From assembly GCA_042570925.1 (NCBI GenBank), contig JBHPFX010000006.1, forward strand, positions 1-47,830: a stretch of DNA of 47,830 nucleotides, written 5' to 3'. Of this stretch, positions 43,159 to 47,830 are shown in pieces. The notes beneath the pieces are model-generated. The model was not told the origin of the DNA and did no database searches. It worked only from the letters and a program-made list of their open reading frames with translations. Source of the DNA: Patescibacteria group bacterium (lineage in GTDB: Bacteria; Patescibacteriota; Patescibacteriia; UBA10025). Numbering within the stretch: the first letter of the stretch is position 1; the number at the start of each line of letters is the position of its first letter. The position numbers and the translations under genes were made by a program.

Positions 43159-45957
43159 TTATACTTTCACCTCATTCATGTCGCCCCAGTTCTTACCTTC
43201 TTTTACTTCCGTTTCGATAGGAACTTTCAGTTTATACACTCCATTCATTGTTTCAACTATAAACTTCGCCACTTTATTTACATCACTTTGAGGAACCTCC
43301 AGTACGAGCTCATCATGTACTTGGAGTAAGAGCTTACTCTTTGGACTTACTTTAAATAATGTTTTTTGAACTTCAATCATCGCAAGCTTCATCAAGTCCG
43401 CGGCCGTTCCCTGCACAGGCATATTGACCGCCATTCGTTCTGCAGCCGAGCGGACCTGTCTCATCGTCGAACGAATATCAGGAATGTATCTCCTGCGACC
43501 AAGGAGCGTCTCGACATATCCAAGGTTATACGCCAGTACTTTCGTGGATTCAATATAATCCTTAATCCAGTGATGGACAGTAAAATACTTATCTATAAAT
43601 TCTCGTGCATGTTCACGGGTAATGCCTTTTCGGGAAGCAAGCCCCATCACACCCATGCCGTATAATACGCCGAAATTGACTTCCTTCGCTGCATACCGTT
43701 GTTCTTTCGTTACTTCTTCTAATGCAATCTCATACACGTCGGCCGCAGTACGCTTATGGATATCTTCGCCTTTTTTAAATGACTCGATCATTTTTTCGTC
43801 GCTCGCAATGCTGGCAACTACACGCAATTCTATCTGTGAATAGTCCGCAGAAATGAGCCGCATACCTCGTTCTGCAATAAACGCCTTTCTGATTTCCGCA
43901 CCGAGCTCGGTACGAATGGGAATGTTTTGGAGATTTGGGTTGGATGAAGACAGTCTTCCGGTCGCAGTGACCGTTTGATTATAGCTGGTGTGAACACGAC
44001 TTGTTTTTTTATTGACTAGCTTCGGCAGTGCCTCTATATATGTTGACTGAAGTTTGGCTAATTCCCGGTATTCGATGATGTTTTCGACAATAGGGTGTTC
44101 ATCCCGCATTTTTTCAAGTTCTGATGCTGCAGTGGAGAGACCTGTTTTCGTTCGTTTAATTTTTTCCGCAGTAATTTGCAGATCGTCAAAAAGGATTTCT
44201 TTCAGCTGGAGCGGGGAATTGATGTTAAATTCCTTGCCTGCATGTTCGTAAATGCTTTTTGTGAGCTCAATGAGTCTCTTGCCAGCTTTTTCTTCAAGTT
44301 GTGCAAGAAATGGGGAATCAATTGCTATACCGGCCAATTCCATGTCAGCTAAAACAGGGATCAATGGCAATTCGATTTTTTCAAAAAGCCCTGTAAGATT
44401 GTCTTTTGCTAATCGCTTTTTCATAACATCATAAATCCGCCAGGTGAAATCAGCATCTTCACACGCATACCATGAAAGTTTGTCCTGAGGTACATCCTCC
44501 ATCAAAATCTTTTTCTTGCCTACACCAATTAACGATTCGATCGGCACCATGCGATAACCAAACTCCGTAAACGCAATCGTATCCAGCTTATGCTGCCTCG
44601 TTCCGGCATTCGTTAAATACGAAGCTACCATCGTATCGAAGCTGATCGGGTTAATTTCAATTCCCGCGAGCTTCAAAATCGCATAGTCATACTTTATATT
44701 GTGTCCTATCTTCCAAATATTCGGATCTTCTAGTAATTTCTTTAATTCACCAAATATCTCCTTATCTTTTATTATTGGTAAACCAACAAAGTATCCCTCA
44801 TTATCCTTCCACGAGAAACTTAACCCAAGTAACTTAGCATCATGAGGCTCTAGGCTGGTTGTCTCCGTATCCACGGCAAATATCTTCTGCTTTTTTACCT
44901 TTTTAACAAATGCTTCAAACGCCTCCTTTGTATTAACTAACTCATATTTCGCTTTTGAATTTCTTGGCAGTTCAAATGCTTCAACTTTTTTGCGTGTAGT
45001 AATTTTTTCATATTCGACCTCTTGGCTTCCACCTTTGTCCTCTGTTTGGTCACCAAAGATGCTCATCTGCTCCTTTGGTAACCGCGACATGAGATTTTTA
45101 AATCCTAGTTTTTGAAAAAGCGCAATAACTTTATCGTTGTCGAATTTCTGTTTTGCCGTATCCTCAAGTGAAAACTTCAAAGGTGTATCACAATCTATCG
45201 TTGCCAGCTTTTGGCTTAAAAAAGCATTCTTCTTATCTTTTATCAGTTTGGTTCTTACAGCTTCCTTAATTTTTTTTACCTTTTGTGTGCCTTGGTCTAA
45301 CTCCTTGTATAATGTTTCAAGGCTTCCGAATGTTTTTAATAAATTTGTGGCTGTTATTTTTCCTACACCTTTCACGCCCGGAATGTTATCAGAAGGATCT
45401 CCTGCTAATGCTTTGTAATCGACAATTTGATCTGGGGTCAGGCCATATCGTTCCTTTACCGCATCTGAATCATATACCACGGTGTCGTTTACTCCTTTTC
45501 GCAGAGTAAATACTTTAATGTTGTCATCCACCAGTTGCAGTGCGTCCATATCACCAGTAGCGATAACTACGTTGGCTTTATCTTCTGTCTTTTTTGCCAA
45601 GGTACCAATCACATCGTCCGCCTCATATCCTTCCAACTCAAACACGGGAATATTGAATGAATCAAGCAAGTCGTGTGCAATCGGTATTTGCTCATAAAAT
45701 TCATCCGGCGCTTTCACCCGCGTTGCTTTGTACTCCTTATACTCTTTATGCCGGAAGGTCGGCCCTTTCACATCAAACGCCACTGCCACATAACCGGGCC
45801 GAAATTCTTTTAGTGCTTTTAATAAGGTCGTAGCAAATCCATATACTGCATTTACAACTGTTCCATCCTTACTCATTAAAGGCGGCAACGCGTGAAACGA
45901 GCGATGTAATATCGCATTGGCATCGAAAATAAGAAAAGTTTTTCCTTTATTCGCCAT
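43159..45957 (-). CDS. polA: DNA polymerase I (5'-3' exonuclease, 3'-5' exonuclease and polymerase domains)
   Basis: YEADDVIGT, GDPSDNIPGV, VDTETT, HNIKYD, YACED, ADYSQIELR, QVHDEL; start at MANKGK. Confidence 0.98.
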   Translation of the reverse strand: MANKGKTFLIFDANAILHRSFHALPPLMSKDGTVVNAVYGFATTLLKALKEFRPGYVAVAFDVKGPTFRHKEYKEYKATRVKAPDEFYEQIPIAHDLLDSFNIPVFELEGYEADDVIGTLAKKTEDKANVVIATGDMDALQLVDDNIKVFTLRKGVNDTVVYDSDAVKERYGLTPDQIVDYKALAGDPSDNIPGVKGVGKITATNLLKTFGSLETLYKELDQGTQKVKKIKEAVRTKLIKDKKNAFLSQKLATIDCDTPLKFSLEDTAKQKFDNDKVIALFQKLGFKNLMSRLPKEQMSIFGDQTEDKGGSQEVEYEKITTRKKVEAFELPRNSKAKYELVNTKEAFEAFVKKVKKQKIFAVDTETTSLEPHDAKLLGLSFSWKDNEGYFVGLPIIKDKEIFGELKKLLEDPNIWKIGHNIKYDYAILKLAGIEINPISFDTMVASYLTNAGTRQHKLDTIAFTEFGYRMVPIESLIGVGKKKILMEDVPQDKLSWYACEDADFTWRIYDVMKKRLAKDNLTGLFEKIELPLIPVLADMELAGIAIDSPFLAQLEEKAGKRLIELTKSIYEHAGKEFNINSPLQLKEILFDDLQITAEKIKRTKTGLSTAASELEKMRDEHPIVENIIEYRELAKLQSTYIEALPKLVNKKTSRVHTSYNQTVTATGRLSSSNPNLQNIPIRTELGAEIRKAFIAERGMRLISADYSQIELRVVASIASDEKMIESFKKGEDIHKRTAADVYEIALEEVTKEQRYAAKEVNFGVLYGMGVMGLASRKGITREHAREFIDKYFTVHHWIKDYIESTKVLAYNLGYVETLLGRRRYIPDIRSTMRQVRSAAERMAVNMPVQGTAADLMKLAMIEVQKTLFKVSPKSKLLLQVHDELVLEVPQSDVNKVAKFIVETMNGVYKLKVPIETEVKEGKNWGDMNEVKV

Positions 45958-46080
45958 AGTGCATACAGGCATTGTATCACGCATGGATATAACAAAAAAC
46001 CCCGTATTTCTTGATATTTATCCGGCCCCAAGCTACAATACAGGCGTCAACGCTTTTCATTTTATCATTTGAAAAGAACT

Positions 46081-47830
46081 ATGAAAAAACAATTACTTAT
46101 CAGCATCTCCCTTGCAGTGGTTGTGATCGCTGGAGGGGTCGTTTTATATTTCTATTTGGATAATAATCGGACTGTCGAGCCTGTTGTCAATCAAGAACCC
46201 ATACCGGTAACTGTTGTTTCTGACAATCAATTTACCCTCCAAGCCGACACCGTGGATTCGCTCGGAGTAAATTCCGACTCGACTTTCACCCTCACAAGCA
46301 AATCAGCCGTTACAGAAGATATGATCGCCTCCAGTCTTCAGATTGAGCCGGCGTTTGCCTATAAAATAGAATCATCCGATAGCAATACTTTTACACTGAT
46401 TCCAAAAGAAAATCTGACTTCAAATACCGTCTATGCTTTTTCATTGGCTGCTGAACAGTCAGATACAGAACAGTTGCGAGAGTTTAAATGGGCATACCAG
46501 GTTAAAGATACGTTTAAAATTACGGGAACACTGCCACGTGACGAAGGAACAAGTGTGCCGACCAATTCAGGTATTGAAATTATTTTTTCACATGAAAATT
46601 ATACGAATTACGAGCAGTATATTACCTTCAGTCCAGACATTGAAGGCAGGTTCGAACAATACAGAAAAACGCTGGTTTTTATTCCTGATTCACTTGAAAC
46701 CGAGACATTGTATACCGTTACTGTAGAAGCCGGTTTGCCGCTCAATAACAGTCAAGAAGCGCTCGAAGAAGATTATGTATTTGAATTTGAAACAGTCGCT
46801 GATGACAGTTCAACAGATTACATTTCTTTTGAATATGACTTTTTTGAATACCCGGAGACAGATATTCCTCTGATGACACTGTATGCCTCGCGAAACGCCG
46901 GTCAAACCAACACAGTTACCGTATGGTCATTTTCTACGTTTGGAGAATTCGGCGATGCGGTCTCTGCGATGAATTCAGTCCCCCGCTGGGCATTCTATGC
47001 AAGAAGGAATAATCTTTACTCCACAGATTCACTTAATGAGGTGGCATCTTTTGAAGCTGAAATTAAAACAGAAGACTACATCGAATATATTGAATTCCCT
47101 GAAAGCCTTCCTATAGGTCAGTATCTTGTTGAAATCACCTCAAACGATAAAAAGGATCAGACATTTCTGCAAATAACTGACCTTGCCGCCAGCTTGGTTG
47201 GCAGTAATACGGAGTCGGGAATATGGCTTCATCAGTTAAGCAGTGGAAATGCAGTAGCTAGCGCCCAGATCGCATTCTCGCACGATGAGCAATTTTCGGC
47301 TCAAACGGACACGAATGGACTTGCTGCTTTTGATACGCCTTCTGCGGTAACTTCCACTGACGATGGTGATCTGAGCCAAACGTATTACTACACCGCGATA
47401 GCCGGAGAAAATAAAATACTGATACCAATTGATCAGCACTATGAGCGCGGCTTCTGGTATAGCTTTGGATATCCTCAATCTGATAAGGGGTATTGGTCCT
47501 ACATTTATACCAATAGAACGCTCTATCTCCCCACCGATAGTCTGAAATTTTGGGGACTCGCAAAGGACCGAACCGGCACAGCGCTCACTGATGCACGAGC
47601 AGAACTGGTAAGCAGGAATTACTACTCTTCAAATAGCCGGGAAGTGATTATCGATAAACAAGATCTCGAAATCTCTGATTTTGGCACGTACCAAGGAGCC
47701 TTTGATTATACCAATCTCAATCCGGGCACATATCATCTTCGAATATTCGACGGTGAGACAGAAATAACTTCAACATACGTTAATATTCAAACATACACGA
47801 AACCACCGTACAAAATCGACGTCTCAACAC
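46081..47830 (+). CDS. Alpha-2-macroglobulin family protein with N-terminal TM anchor and Big_5-like Ig domains; truncated by the window end
   Basis: Open frame from ATG 46081 (MKKQLLISISLAVVVIAGGVV) to the end; QITDLA, TDTNGLA, YIYTNRTLYLPTDSLKFWG, SDFGTYQGAF, YTKPPYKI; promoter TTGATA-17-TACAAT at 46011-46039. Confidence 0.85.
   Translation, partial: MKKQLLISISLAVVVIAGGVVLYFYLDNNRTVEPVVNQEPIPVTVVSDNQFTLQADTVDSLGVNSDSTFTLTSKSAVTEDMIASSLQIEPAFAYKIESSDSNTFTLIPKENLTSNTVYAFSLAAEQSDTEQLREFKWAYQVKDTFKITGTLPRDEGTSVPTNSGIEIIFSHENYTNYEQYITFSPDIEGRFEQYRKTLVFIPDSLETETLYTVTVEAGLPLNNSQEALEEDYVFEFETVADDSSTDYISFEYDFFEYPETDIPLMTLYASRNAGQTNTVTVWSFSTFGEFGDAVSAMNSVPRWAFYARRNNLYSTDSLNEVASFEAEIKTEDYIEYIEFPESLPIGQYLVEITSNDKKDQTFLQITDLAASLVGSNTESGIWLHQLSSGNAVASAQIAFSHDEQFSAQTDTNGLAAFDTPSAVTSTDDGDLSQTYYYTAIAGENKILIPIDQHYERGFWYSFGYPQSDKGYWSYIYTNRTLYLPTDSLKFWGLAKDRTGTALTDARAELVSRNYYSSNSREVIIDKQDLEISDFGTYQGAFDYTNLNPGTYHLRIFDGETEITSTYVNIQTYTKPPYKIDVST

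Noticed and set aside
1-47830. CRISPR array, transposase/integrase, or genetic code 25
   Set aside because: No regularly spaced repeats or mobile-element proteins were seen; TGA ends several clear genes (rodZ-like, DUF1003, purF).

Overview
A mostly housekeeping segment of a low-GC bacterial chromosome. Gene content and protein style point to Patescibacteria/CPR (Parcubacteria/ABY1-like; inference). TGA is used as a stop, so the genetic code is 11. Core genes: phosphomannomutase, gpmI, murI, plsX, recA, rodZ-like, ftsK, rpoC, rpoB, murE, cutA, metK with a SAM-I riboswitch, tRNA-Arg(CCG), a FemAB-family transferase, ruvA, a Na+/H+ antiporter, uvrB, purF, rpsT, holA and polA. There is also a 1740-aa surface protein and a truncated alpha-2-macroglobulin. 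The most unusual signals are non-coding. (i) At 28.7-29.2 kb an intact tRNA-Arg sits inside a 10-bp inverted repeat, surrounded by fragments of other tRNA genes split by nested palindromic mini-elements. The same element family recurs at 37.4 kb, and a similar-looking palindrome lies inside the SAM riboswitch. (ii) A 1.7-kb islet (36985-38707) bounded by a 14-bp direct repeat carries two coupled orphan HTH-like genes that converge on one or two putative structured small RNAs. (iii) There are structured 5' leaders on rpoB and on the giant surface-protein gene. (iv) An unannotated 42-aa peptide gene has its own promoter, SD and terminator. A cytidylyltransferase/FAD-synthase::VanX-type dipeptidase fusion and orphan plsX and purF genes are also notable. 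No CRISPR array, integrase, transposase or intein was seen. All calls come from reading the sequence by eye; no searches were run.
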